Source: an uncultured Gemmatimonadota bacterium
GTDB taxonomy: Bacteria > SM23-81 > DAOVCL01
Direction of reading: 5' to 3'
Assembly (NCBI GenBank): GCA_964626665.1
Contig: CAZVGK010000012.1
Coordinates: forward strand, 20,912 to 84,911
DNA length: 64,000 bases
The translations under genes were made by a program, and so were the position numbers. Shown in pieces: positions 35,406 through 45,105 of this stretch. Under the pieces are notes generated by a model, which saw only the letters and a list, made by a program, of their open reading frames with translations, was not told the DNA's origin and ran no database searches. Positions within the stretch are counted from its first letter, which is position 1. Every line of letters starts with the position of its first letter.

Positions 35406-35627
35406 ATGACTGAGATTGAAATCATAAAGAAAGCCTTCAAAGATCATCTGAAATGGAACGCTGCAAGAATAGGCTTCTTAGCCAACTTTCTTATTGCACT
35501 TTTGAAGGTCAGAAGTGTCAATTTAGTTGAGATTGCAACTGCCTTTTCCAGAAAAGCCAAGAAAGAGTCGAACTATAAACGTCTACAGCGATTCTTCAGA
35601 TTTTTTCCTATTGATTTTTCAACTATT
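35406..35627 (+). pseudogene. IS4-family transposase N-terminal fragment, truncated by a second IS
   Basis: LKWNAARIGFLANFLIALLKVRSVNLVEIA...SNYKRLQRFF resembles IS4-family N-termini; the similarity ends at the next element's inverted repeat (35628). Confidence 0.75.
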
Positions 35628-37299
35628 AGAGGCTGTTTAAAAATTGCCTCTGAATTTGAGTTAACTATTTAATTTCAAAGAAGTTCTTTGAAAAAAATTT
35701 ACTTTTCCCTCTAAAAAAGGTTGACTTTGATGAAAATTTGATTATATTATTGCTTGTTAATAGTCAAAGCTTCAACCTTTAAGGAGGTAAGAAATGAGCC
35801 AAAGTCATCAACTGTCGTTCATCAGGATCTATGATAAAGAGGTTGATCCTGACTTAGAACGGTTGGATGAGCTGATCAATGATGAGGCCATCGATGCAGC
35901 CTTCTCCTATAAGATAGCCTGGCGGGGAAGAAAACTTGTCCCTATCTCCAGGAAGGTGCGAGCCCATATCCTCAAGGCAATCAAGAGGATTCCCTCCTTC
36001 AATCAGCTCTGTAGGGAGCTCAAGCAGCGAAAGGCCTATCGGAGATTCTGCCATCTAAAGAGCAAGAAGGATGGCTTCTGTCCTGCTACCTTGACCAACT
36101 TCCGCCAGGATTTCTCCTTCCGGGATCGGCTCACCCTGATCTCTATCTTCATCAAGACTGCTGACTCCCTGGGCTTCTTCCAGAACTGCTCTCAGTTGCA
36201 TATCACCGACTCCACAGAGATGGAGTCCCCTTGTCGCTGGGAGCCTATTGAGGTTATAGAGGTCAATGGATGTAAGGTGGAGGTGTTCCGAGACCCCACA
36301 GCCAGTAGAGGGAAGCGCGCAGCCAAGAAGGGCAAGAGCCGTTTCCTGGTGGGCCATAGGAAGCACTCCTTAGCTATTCTCCTGCCCAACAACAAGGTGG
36401 TTACCCTCATTTCAATTGTTGCTCCCGCCCATCAGCAGGATGTCCATTTCCTTCTGCCCCTTTTATATCTGGCCCAGGCCTTGGGGCTTGAGGTAAAGTA
36501 TGTGGTGGCAGACTTGGCCTACATAGACTCTGAGCGCAAGAGGGTGGCCAAGGAGAGGTTTGGGGTAGTGGTTCATACCGACAAGAAGGTAAACAGCCGC
36601 CTGCCTGAGATGGTTGATGAGAGAGGTGCTCCCTATTGTATTATGGGGGAGAACCTCCAGTGGTTGGGCCTTGACCAGGAAAGCGGGCTGCACTATTATG
36701 GGTGTGGATTGGATGAGCCAAAGGATTGTCCCCTCTATGGGGGATGTGAGAAGCTAAGGGTGATTGACTCTGCCCAATACCCGGTGGCCTTTGGCCAGAT
36801 CCCTGTTCACCTTAAAGTGGGCCAGAAGATGCTGAGGGCAAGGAAGTTGAAGGAGCCCGGTTTCTGGCGGGATAGGAATAAGGGTGGATTAGACAGGATT
36901 AGCTTGTTGAACAAGGATAATGCTCACTTCTTAGCAGTGATTGCCGATGTCTGTGATCTTTTGGACTCTCTGGCAATTTTCTTAGAAAGCAAAAGGTCAC
37001 TTCAGAAGAAGACAGCTTAAGGCTGGTTTATAGGCAGTAGCCCAGAGGGGTCAGTCAGAAGGGGGTTTCTCCCACAAAGAGGGAGCGGTTGAACTTTCTA
37101 TCCTCAAGAGGATAGAAATCCGCCTTATAAGAGCTAAAGATGGGATAACTTTGCCTTCTGGCGGAGCCCTTGAGCACTTTACTGCTTACATATGTCAAAG
37201 AGCGGCAATTCCAGGGTCTTGATTTTTTTCAAAAAAGGCCTGAATGCCAAATGGGTACCTCTAATCCCAAGAGGAAAATTCTATTTTTAAACAGCCTCT
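35628..37299 (+). mobile_element. Insertion sequence (IS1182/IS5-like DDE) with perfect 17-bp terminal inverted repeats
   Basis: AGAGGCTGTTTAAAAAT (35628-35644) and ATTTTTAAACAGCCTCT (37283-37299) enclose a transposase ORF. Confidence 0.88.
35794..37020 (+). CDS. DDE transposase
   Basis: AAGGAGG RBS; PATLTNFR, ITDST, GHRKH, VVADLAY motifs; lies within the inverted repeats. Confidence 0.85.
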   Translation: MSQSHQLSFIRIYDKEVDPDLERLDELINDEAIDAAFSYKIAWRGRKLVPISRKVRAHILKAIKRIPSFNQLCRELKQRKAYRRFCHLKSKKDGFCPATLTNFRQDFSFRDRLTLISIFIKTADSLGFFQNCSQLHITDSTEMESPCRWEPIEVIEVNGCKVEVFRDPTASRGKRAAKKGKSRFLVGHRKHSLAILLPNNKVVTLISIVAPAHQQDVHFLLPLLYLAQALGLEVKYVVADLAYIDSERKRVAKERFGVVVHTDKKVNSRLPEMVDERGAPYCIMGENLQWLGLDQESGLHYYGCGLDEPKDCPLYGGCEKLRVIDSAQYPVAFGQIPVHLKVGQKMLRARKLKEPGFWRDRNKGGLDRISLLNKDNAHFLAVIADVCDLLDSLAIFLESKRSLQKKTA

Positions 37300-37464
37300 T
37301 TAAAAGAAACGGTCAAGGCAAATCAATTTGACAAAAAAACAATCCTCCCGTAAGGTAAAGAAAAACAACAAAATATAACAGGAAGATTAAATTGTATAGC
37401 CTAAAAAAATATCTGAAAGGTTGATCCCTAAAATTTATAAGGTAGCCAAAGCTAAGGAGGCCAT

Positions 37465-37893
37465 TGGGGTCAAACCTTTAATTACTAATTTAGGTTTCCA
37501 TCGGAGGTGGCATGTCCCCATCCGGGCAGCTAATGTAGGGACAAACCTTTAGATTTGTCCGCATTCGGACAGAGCTAAAGCTCTGTCCCTACGGCTATTC
37601 TGAGCCTCCTGGTTAAAAGAAAAACCGAGCTGCATTCAAGTAAACACTATGGCAGATCGGCTGTTTCTTCCTATTGGACTCCAGCTTGGAAACATGCTGA
37701 AGAGCTATTGTTTTCGCTTCCCGACTCCTTCTCACCCAATTCTGTCTTGTCTAAGCTCAAGGTATTTTCGTCATCAGAAGCCCCTTCTTAAGAACACTTA
37801 AAAATAACGAATCACGCCTCACCTGTCAAGACCTTTCTCCCTTTTCCTCCCTGACGGAAGGGGCTTTAATTGGTAATTAAGGGTTTGACCCCA
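37465..37893. repeat. MITE-like segment bounded by 26-bp GGGGTCAAAC inverted repeats, containing a REP doublet
   Basis: TGGGGTCAAACCTTTAATTACTAATT (37465-37490) matches the reverse complement of 37868-37893 at 24/26; GTAG...CTAC REP doublet at 37535-37592. Confidence 0.7.
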
Positions 37894-38141
37894 CTCCGTT
37901 CATTTGAGGCATTCCTCTTCGCGCGTAACCGTTTAGCATGGGCAATTTCTATTTCATCTCTATGTTTATTGGCTTCTTCGACACTTCTAAATTTAAAGAT
38001 TCCTTTAGGATAACTTATTGAAGATAACTCATTCGCAAATTCCCAGAGCTCTCCAACTTTATCATAGTATTTCTCATCAGGGTTGAAATTCCAAAGAGCT
38101 TTTTCTGCTTCTTCAAATGTTTTGTATTTATAAATTGGCAT
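37866..38141 (-). CDS. Small hypothetical protein, partner of the adjacent nucleotidyltransferase
   Basis: GAAGGAG RBS, MPIYKYKTFEEAEKALW...GIFKFRSVEEA; AT-rich. Confidence 0.7.
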   Translation of the reverse strand: MPIYKYKTFEEAEKALWNFNPDEKYYDKVGELWEFANELSSISYPKGIFKFRSVEEANKHRDEIEIAHAKRLRAKRNASNERSGVKPLITN

Positions 38142-38158
38142 AGTATTCTCCTTCAGAA

Positions 38159-38647
38159 TTAGTTTTTTTTGTTTTGACTCGATCCTTTATCAATGATAAT
38201 TTCTTTCAAAAATTGAGCATCTATTTTATCCCTATATCGTAAGCTATCCTTCTTTAAGCTATATAACATTTCTGGTGTGGCGATTTTTACTTTTACATCT
38301 TGGTATTCAATAATTTCATATTCCAAATCTTTAAATGATACAGCTTCACCAAGTCGGCTCATGATGTCTATATAAAAGCCATTAGGTGTTCCATAACGTA
38401 TGACAGGATAATTTTGTAACTCATTTAAAGTAATTTCTTCAATAGAGGTATCATTAAATACTGAAATTAAAGCTTTCTTGAGATTTTCAATATTCTTAGA
38501 TACCATTTTGATAAATAGGTCTATATCTCGAGTCAATCTTTCCATACCATGAAGAATTACAGCAACCCCACCGATCAAAACATAATCAACGTTATGTTCA
38601 TCAAGTGCTTTTAGCACTGATATAAATTCCTTAAACTGATTTGCCAT
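38159..38647 (-). CDS. Nucleotidyltransferase (pol-beta superfamily; DUF6036/AbiEii-like)
   Basis: YVLIGGVAVILHG..RLTRDIDL, YIDIM, K...R..DKID motifs. Confidence 0.85.
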   Translation of the reverse strand: MANQFKEFISVLKALDEHNVDYVLIGGVAVILHGMERLTRDIDLFIKMVSKNIENLKKALISVFNDTSIEEITLNELQNYPVIRYGTPNGFYIDIMSRLGEAVSFKDLEYEIIEYQDVKVKIATPEMLYSLKKDSLRYRDKIDAQFLKEIIIDKGSSQNKKN

Positions 38648-38873
38648 AGGAGTCTTTTGTTTTCGTTATTCTCGCTATCCATTTACAGTGACACTCGAAG
38701 GTGGCTAACAATGACGTTTCGGAGCTTCTAAGAAGCTCCGAAACGTGAACTGATACTACAGGCCCCGCCTTCTGCATCGGCTCATCTATGTATAAGATAG
38801 CATACCTCTTCCCCTGTGTCAAGTTGTGATTAGCTATAATTTGGCTGATGACCCTACTCTCGCTCAGGGAGAG

Positions 38874-39797
38874 CTAGAAGACCGGGAATTTGGCCATCAC
38901 TGGCCGGTGGTCAGACACCTCCTGGAGGTAGTTGAGCATCTCGTCATCGATTCGAAGAGTAGTGGTCTTCCCTCCTGTATATTCGTCAAAGGCATCCCTG
39001 GAGATGAGGATATGGTCGATGAGGCTGGAGTAACGGGGATAGGAGGCGAGGTGGGGATTTTTGGTTAGGGGACTGGTGAGAAACCGGTAGTTGAGGGAAT
39101 CCTCGATGAAGACGGTGAAGGCGTTCTCGCCTGAAGGATCGTCGATCCGGTCGTTCCAATCGCCGGCCACCACGAAATCTTTCTCAGCAGAGGAGGCCAC
39201 CTGGGAATCGATGTACCCCTTCAACTTCTGGGCCGCCTCTTGGCGCCGGCTAAGATCAACTGAGTCAGTCCCCGCCTTCAGATGGATGACTATAAGGCGA
39301 AAATCGAAAATCTTCCCATCCTTTTGGGCGACAACTGTCATCTCTAAAGGGGGACGAGGGAAAGCATTTCTATCATTGGTGAAAATTTGACCGACATTTT
39401 CGATAGAGATCAAACCCTCTTTATAGATAACGCCGGTTTTCTGGTATCCCCCCCAGTAGTAGATGTCGCTGGAGTAGAGGCCATCGTACTCCTCAAGATC
39501 CCTGAGAAGCTGTTGGAAGGCCATGGTATCGCTGATCTCCTGGATGGCGAAGAGGTCAACGTCGAGGCCCATGATGATCTGTCGAACCTCCCCCACCGTG
39601 GCCTGTCCGGCGAGAGGGAAGTTCTTGATATTCCAGGTGACGATCTCCAAAGTTTCCTCCTCTCCACGAGGTATCACCGAAAGAGCTGGCTTTTTCTCCC
39701 GACGGCCGCAGGAGTTGGCCAAGAGGTTGGCCGCCAGCAAGGGGAAAAGCAGATACCGGAACAGGAGGGTTCTACATCTTTTGGTCTCTTTATCCAT
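38874..39797 (-). CDS. Endonuclease/exonuclease/phosphatase (EEP) family lipoprotein
   Basis: Lipobox-like ANSC, VTWNI, AIQE, IHLKA, AGDWND, IDHILI, SDHRPV. Confidence 0.92.
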   Translation of the reverse strand: MDKETKRCRTLLFRYLLFPLLAANLLANSCGRREKKPALSVIPRGEEETLEIVTWNIKNFPLAGQATVGEVRQIIMGLDVDLFAIQEISDTMAFQQLLRDLEEYDGLYSSDIYYWGGYQKTGVIYKEGLISIENVGQIFTNDRNAFPRPPLEMTVVAQKDGKIFDFRLIVIHLKAGTDSVDLSRRQEAAQKLKGYIDSQVASSAEKDFVVAGDWNDRIDDPSGENAFTVFIEDSLNYRFLTSPLTKNPHLASYPRYSSLIDHILISRDAFDEYTGGKTTTLRIDDEMLNYLQEVSDHRPVMAKFPVF

Positions 39798-40144
39798 CCT
39801 CACCCTATCGCCAGTCCATTTTACCCGAATTATTCTCAGTGCGGCAAAACCGCAACCAAACACCAGCCACAGATTACACGGATTTCACGGAAAAAAGGAG
39901 ATGGGGGTCTGGCCTTGACATTAGACAAATTTTTGCTGATCTCCTCTCTCACATACTCTGGTTACGGTTGAATAGTTAATATTGCCACAAAGCTGACTTG
40001 TCTGCCTATTTGAGCCTGTTCAATGTTTTAACACATCACCTGCGATTTTCTCCATCAGGGCAGGCGCCTTACCAGCACAGGAAATCTCAAGGAGTTATGC
40101 AATTCCCTGGTGATTTATGAATAGATGGGGCAAAAGAAGCAGAC

Positions 40145-40546
40145 CTAAGTAAGTGAGTTCTTCACCAGCATAAGCAGGCCGTTTTCAAAATCAAGAATCA
40201 CCCTCTTAAAATGTCGTAAGTAATTCAATCCAATAACGCCATCGATCCCATGTTCTTCTGGGATTGTATAGCTTAATGCTTCTATATTTTCCACTTTGAC
40301 CCCAGAGAGGCTAATGGATTTAAGAACAACCTTGGGAACGAGGTGACTCTGCGAAGCATCAGTGAAAGTAACGTTCTTTTTCTCCTTCGAGAGGTCATAA
40401 CCTATATTTTTCAAAGCCTCTTCGGACAAAACGATCATAGAGGCACCGGTATCAAGGGCGAGTACTAAAGTTGCACTTCTCTTGTATTCAACGAAACATT
40501 CAAAGGTCAAAACATTTGCCCTGGGATCAAATGGAGCTGGCTTCAT
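40145..40546 (-). CDS. Retropepsin-like (single-domain) aspartic protease
   Basis: LALDTGAS catalytic motif and DGVIGLNYL. Confidence 0.88.
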   Translation of the reverse strand: MKPAPFDPRANVLTFECFVEYKRSATLVLALDTGASMIVLSEEALKNIGYDLSKEKKNVTFTDASQSHLVPKVVLKSISLSGVKVENIEALSYTIPEEHGIDGVIGLNYLRHFKRVILDFENGLLMLVKNSLT

Positions 40547-40770
40547 AAAACTGAGACCATCCCTTTCCTTGGCCGATCACCAGTGTACACAATGTAAAAA
40601 TGGGGACAAGGATTTTTGCCTAAGAATTCATAGATCGCCGCTCGACTTGGACTATGGGCTAACAACTTCCCTCGAACGGGGTTTTTCAACTCATCTGTTT
40701 CTTGAACCTCAAATAAAAGCCATTCATCCTTGAATTGATTTTTAATTTGGTTAATGTCGCCCTGATCCAT
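40543..40770 (-). CDS. Small hypothetical protein translationally coupled to the aspartic protease
   Basis: GGGAGG RBS, IKNQFKDEWLL...GKLLAHSPSR...YTG; ATGA overlap with the protease start. Confidence 0.75.
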   Translation of the reverse strand: MDQGDINQIKNQFKDEWLLFEVQETDELKNPVRGKLLAHSPSRAAIYEFLGKNPCPHFYIVYTGDRPRKGMVSVL

Positions 40771-41007
40771 ATTTGAATCGCCTCCCATTTGTTTTAATTA
40801 TAGCAAAAAAACGCAGGAAAATCAAGAAAAACATTTTTCACCTAAAATTGTGGTCCAAGACAAGATCAAAGCCGTCAAATCGTCCAATCTGCCTCTGGCA
40901 GAAGTGAGTTCTACCATCATCTTGAAGAGCCGATGTCTTGGAGCGAATAGAGGAGTCAGAATGGGGTTCTGACGCCTCTATTTGAAAAGCTTCTTCTGAT
41001 CAGTTGC

Positions 41008-42237
41008 CTACTTACAGAGATCCTTGTATTTGCTCATATCATAGAAAAAGGAATCCTGAGATGTAGGGATGAATTGGAAGTTATACTCCATCTTGTTGCG
41101 GGCATCGCTTCCCCATTGAGGATCGTTCTTTGCCTTCCGGAACTCCCTGTAGGCACAGTGGGAGAGGACCTTTCCCTCTATCTTCATCTTCCCCTTGGGG
41201 CTAATAAAGGCCTTGGCCTGCTTTTCATAGATCTCACCCAGCACATAAAATGAGTAAGGGTTATGAGAATCGATCCTCCGCGCTTTCCGCACCCAGGTTT
41301 TAGCCTGAGCATAGTTGCCCAGCATATTGTAGGCAGAGGCTAAATCACAATATATCTTTGGTTCCTGGGGGTTTAACTTCGCTGCCTCCTTCTCATACCG
41401 AATTGCTTCCTGATACCTTTTCAGTCCATGTAGGGCAACTCCCAGGTAGGAATAGGCTTTGTAATTCCGGTCGTCAAGCTTGATCAGCTCCTGGAGGATC
41501 TTTACGGCCTTAGTATATTTTCCCACTTTATCATAGGCCTTACCCAGTTTCAGGGCTACCTCCGTATCCCGAGGCTTTGATTGATGGAGTTTCTCCAGTG
41601 TTTTTATTCTTTCTTCAATCTGGCCAAATTGGGCATAGAGTTTTTCCAGGATAGCTTGCGCAGCGCTGTTTTCCGGATTAATCTCCACCGCCTTTTCATA
41701 AAGGGGGATGGCCTCCTCCTTCCTACCTACCTTGACCAAGAGGTTGGCTAAGCGAAGGATGTTGTCCTCCTGCTCCGGATTGAGGTCATAGACCTTTTTG
41801 TAAAGCGATATGGCCTCTTCATTCTTCTCCTTCCCCTCATATATATATCCCAGGGCTATATAGAAGGGGGCATAATCTGAAAACTTGTCAATGGCCTCCT
41901 GATAGGTTTTTTCACCCTGAGATGTATCTCCCAGACTACAATAGCTATTAGCCAAGAGACTATAGGCTTTCCGATGGTCAGGTTTTAGTTCCAAAACCCT
42001 CTTAAAGTGGGGGATGGCATCGTGATAGTTCTTCATCTTGTAGTATTCATATGCCGTGCTGAACTCCTTCTTTATCTCAAACTCCCTTTGAGCCTTTTTC
42101 ACCTCTAAGGTATCAGGTTGGGAAACTTCCGTCTCTTCTGTCTTGTATTCCATCTGGGTGGAGGCGCAGCCTAAAAGACCAATTAAGGAAATGGCCTCTA
42201 TTCCCCAAAGAATAAAGTTTGCTTGCTGCTTGCACAT
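41008..42237 (-). CDS. TPR-repeat lipoprotein
   Basis: LLGC lipobox and many TPR repeats. Confidence 0.88.
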   Translation of the reverse strand: MCKQQANFILWGIEAISLIGLLGCASTQMEYKTEETEVSQPDTLEVKKAQREFEIKKEFSTAYEYYKMKNYHDAIPHFKRVLELKPDHRKAYSLLANSYCSLGDTSQGEKTYQEAIDKFSDYAPFYIALGYIYEGKEKNEEAISLYKKVYDLNPEQEDNILRLANLLVKVGRKEEAIPLYEKAVEINPENSAAQAILEKLYAQFGQIEERIKTLEKLHQSKPRDTEVALKLGKAYDKVGKYTKAVKILQELIKLDDRNYKAYSYLGVALHGLKRYQEAIRYEKEAAKLNPQEPKIYCDLASAYNMLGNYAQAKTWVRKARRIDSHNPYSFYVLGEIYEKQAKAFISPKGKMKIEGKVLSHCAYREFRKAKNDPQWGSDARNKMEYNFQFIPTSQDSFFYDMSKYKDLCK

Positions 42238-43295
42238 CTCTCCTCCTCCTTTTCGTCAATTGACAAGGTTAAACCTTTCTCCGGATTATACCTCTTTCTC
42301 ATACCACTGGTTAGATAGGATTTGATGGTTCCCTCCCTTTTATAGAAGATGATCCCTTCCACCCCCGGGAGGGCCTCCAAAAGCTCCCTGCCCCTTTTGG
42401 GCCCCAAAACGAAGGCCCCAGTGGCCAGTATGTCCGCCTGCTCTGCAGAGGGAGCGATCACCGTTACGCTTACCGCGGAGTCCGCTGGATAGCCAGTGGT
42501 GGGGTCAAGGATGTGATGGTATCTCTTCCCCATCTGGAAGAAACACCTCTCATAATCGCCTGAAGTGGCCACGCCCTGGGAGGGGAGGTGCAGATAGCCG
42601 ATGAACTCTCCCTGCTGGCGGGGATGTCTGATAGCTACCCTCCAGAGTCCACCTCTTGGTTTCTTCCCCCAGAGCCTGATATCCCCTCCGGCATTGACTA
42701 TCCCCCCTGGAATCCCCATCTCTTCCATCACCTCTGCCGCTTTATCTGCCGCATAGCCCTTGGCTACCCCTCCCAGGTCAATTTTCGTCCCCTTCAGGGG
42801 GAGAAAAATCCTCTGATGGAGGCCATCCAGCCTCACCCTCTTATAGCCAACAAGGGGAAGGAGCATCTCTATCTCCTCCTCTTTTGGCACCCTGTATTTG
42901 TCTTTAGTGAACCCCCAGAGATTCTCTAAGGGGCCAACGGTGGGGTCAAAGGCTCCCTTAGTGAGCCGAGAGAACCGCAGAGAACGGGAGAGGAGACCAA
43001 AGAGCCCCTTTCCCACAGGAACAAAACTGTCCCCAGAGGCTTGGTTTACCTCCCAGACCTCGCTTCCCTTTTTGTAGGCATTCATCACCTCATCCACCCT
43101 CGCTATCTTTTGGAACCCTGCCTCCATCACCTGTTGAGAATGGGTTTCATCCCGGTCATAAAGGGATATTGTCACCAGGGTATCCATCAGAATACGGCTG
43201 TTTTCAAAGAGCTTAAGTTCCCCTCTGTGGCCTAGCCTCCAGAACCCCAGGGCAAAGATTAAAAACAGGAAGATATAGACCCCTACTCTCCTCAT
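42198..43295 (-). CDS. apbE: FAD:protein FMN transferase
   Basis: GAFDPTVG, DLGGVAKGY, NAGGD, ATSGDYER, YHHILDPTTG. Confidence 0.96.
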   Translation of the reverse strand: MRRVGVYIFLFLIFALGFWRLGHRGELKLFENSRILMDTLVTISLYDRDETHSQQVMEAGFQKIARVDEVMNAYKKGSEVWEVNQASGDSFVPVGKGLFGLLSRSLRFSRLTKGAFDPTVGPLENLWGFTKDKYRVPKEEEIEMLLPLVGYKRVRLDGLHQRIFLPLKGTKIDLGGVAKGYAADKAAEVMEEMGIPGGIVNAGGDIRLWGKKPRGGLWRVAIRHPRQQGEFIGYLHLPSQGVATSGDYERCFFQMGKRYHHILDPTTGYPADSAVSVTVIAPSAEQADILATGAFVLGPKRGRELLEALPGVEGIIFYKREGTIKSYLTSGMRKRYNPEKGLTLSIDEKEEERCASSKQTLFFGE

Positions 43296-43326
43296 CTTGC
43301 CTAATTTAACATAAATTTTCTGGATG

Positions 43327-44505
43327 TCAAATTGAAATTAAGTGCTTGGCCAACTTGAAGAGGCTAGGGCTTGTTTTTATAATCCCCCTGACGATGCGTT
43401 TGACCTCAATGCTCTCTACCGATCTACCGGCAAACATCTCCTTAACTATACCGGTCACCTCATTCAGCTCCTTATCGTTGAGCTTGAGGAAGATCTCCTT
43501 GGCCCGATAGCGAAAGTATAGCTCCCTCCCTATCTTTTTCTTCCATCTCTTCTCATATCCCCTTAAGGAATTTGCCGAGAAATCCCCTCTATCAAAGGCC
43601 TCCTTGATGGTCTCAGCAGCCCAAGCCCCACTCCTTAAAGCATTGGCGATCCCTGCGCCGGAGAGTGGATCGGCCAACCGGGCCGCATCCCCTACCACCA
43701 GGAGCCTCTGGGCGAATGAAGGGGAAAGGGGTTGCGCGGTGGGCACCGCCCCCCAGGTTATCCCCAGGACTTCTGCTTCTGGGAAGACCTGGTGGACGAA
43801 AATGTCCAGGAAGTGTTTAGGTCCCTGCTGGCTTTTGGCCGGAGAGACGGCTACCCCCACATTGGCCAGTCCATCTCCTTTGGGAAAGACCCAAGCATAC
43901 CCTCCTGGGGCCAAAAGATTCCCGATATGAAATTCGACAAACTCCTGGGAGATCCCCCGGTAAGTGAGAAGATATTGACAGGAGGAGACGAGATCAGAGG
44001 GGACGAGGTGGGTATGAAGCCCCATCCATCTTCCCACCTTTGCCCCGATCCCATCTGCCCCTACCACTACCTGGCCTTTGACCCTCATCTCCCTGCCTGC
44101 TCTTTTTACCCTTACCTCCACCCCTTTCTCCCCGACGTCCATCCCCAGGGCCTCTGCTCCCACCCAGATGCTCGCCCCTGCCTCCGCGGCCAAGGCCGCC
44201 AGATCCCGGTCAAATATGGCCCTCTCCAGTATGTATCCGGCCCGGGGATGGTTTACCTCAGCCATCTCTCCATTTGGGCCATAAAGCCTACCCCCCTCTA
44301 CCCTGGAGGCTATCCAGGAGGGACGAGGGGGGAAATGGTCCTCCAGGCCCATGGTATCTATCCCTTCCGCGCAGATGACGGGAACCCCGATCCGAGGTTT
44401 CTTCTCTATGATGAGGGTATCCAGGCCTGCCTGGGCACAGCCTCTGGCCACGGAGGAACCAGCAGGCCCTGCCCCCACGACTATCACCGCAAATTCCTTC
44501 CCCAT
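43327..44505 (-). CDS. Geranylgeranyl reductase family FAD oxidoreductase (archaeal DGGGPL-reductase-like)
   Basis: VVGAGPAG, ICAEG, GADG, PGGYAWVFPK (PxxYxWxFP), VGDAA..DPLSGAGI. Confidence 0.88.
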   Translation of the reverse strand: MGKEFAVIVVGAGPAGSSVARGCAQAGLDTLIIEKKPRIGVPVICAEGIDTMGLEDHFPPRPSWIASRVEGGRLYGPNGEMAEVNHPRAGYILERAIFDRDLAALAAEAGASIWVGAEALGMDVGEKGVEVRVKRAGREMRVKGQVVVGADGIGAKVGRWMGLHTHLVPSDLVSSCQYLLTYRGISQEFVEFHIGNLLAPGGYAWVFPKGDGLANVGVAVSPAKSQQGPKHFLDIFVHQVFPEAEVLGITWGAVPTAQPLSPSFAQRLLVVGDAARLADPLSGAGIANALRSGAWAAETIKEAFDRGDFSANSLRGYEKRWKKKIGRELYFRYRAKEIFLKLNDKELNEVTGIVKEMFAGRSVESIEVKRIVRGIIKTSPSLFKLAKHLISI

Positions 44506-44568
44506 TTTTTGCTTTCAAGTATAATTTGGCCTGGGGGGCAAGTCAAGCCATTTTTGGTGCGATTATCC

Positions 44569-44597
44569 TTGACAAATTGGCTACGCTTTTCTATGTT
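44569..44597 (+). promoter_or_regulatory. Sigma70-type promoter, divergent from the GGR promoter
   Basis: TTGACA, 17 nt, TATGTT; opposite strand TTGACT (44546-44541), 17 nt, TATACT (44523-44518). Confidence 0.65.
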
Positions 44598-44804
44598 TTC
44601 TTGTTTAATACGACATTTCGGAATTCCTGAGAAATTCCGAAATGTCGGGGGAAGTTTGAAGTCCCGCACTCATGCATGCATAAGTGCGGGATTCAAGGGT
44701 GACAGCGGAGTAATTCGAGTGAGTGGAGGATTGCGGAGCGCCAGAGGGTCGTGAGACCCTATGGGAAATTAGCGATCGAAGGGAGCTAAATTCAAGGAGG
44801 GAGG

Positions 44805-44981
44805 ATGAAGACATTGATTTGGATAGGGATAATAGTTTACAGCATCATCCCCGGGGTAATTGCCTATTTCTTAGGTGGAGAGAAGGCCACCGTGGGTAAC
44901 CTCTACCTGATAGCCATTGGTATAGCCCTCATAGTGGGGTTGGTAAAGTGGCGGGTAAACAAGGGCAAGGAGATGTTCTAA
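44805..44981 (+). CDS. Small two-TM membrane protein (58 aa), below the ORF-track cutoff
   Basis: AAGGAGGGAGG RBS; MKTLIWIGIIVYSIIPGVIAYFLGGEKATVGNLYLIAIGIALIVGLVKWRVNKGKEMF. Confidence 0.7.
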   Translation: MKTLIWIGIIVYSIIPGVIAYFLGGEKATVGNLYLIAIGIALIVGLVKWRVNKGKEMF

Positions 44982-45105
44982 CCATCTTCCTAAGGCAAGA
45001 TCTTAAGATTTGTGTCAAGTTTTGGGGGCAGAAAAAAAGATATGGATAATGAGCTCAGATCCAGGTCCTTTGGCTTCAGGTTTTTTCATTCTTAATTCTA
45101 AATTC

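Noticed and set aside
39798-39863. MFGCGFAALR... extension of the EEP ORF
   Set aside because: Translated from the GCCGCAACCAAA repeat; the likely start is 39797.
43732-44754. 340-aa plus-strand ORF
   Set aside because: Antisense shadow of the GGR gene; Pro/His-rich with no motifs.
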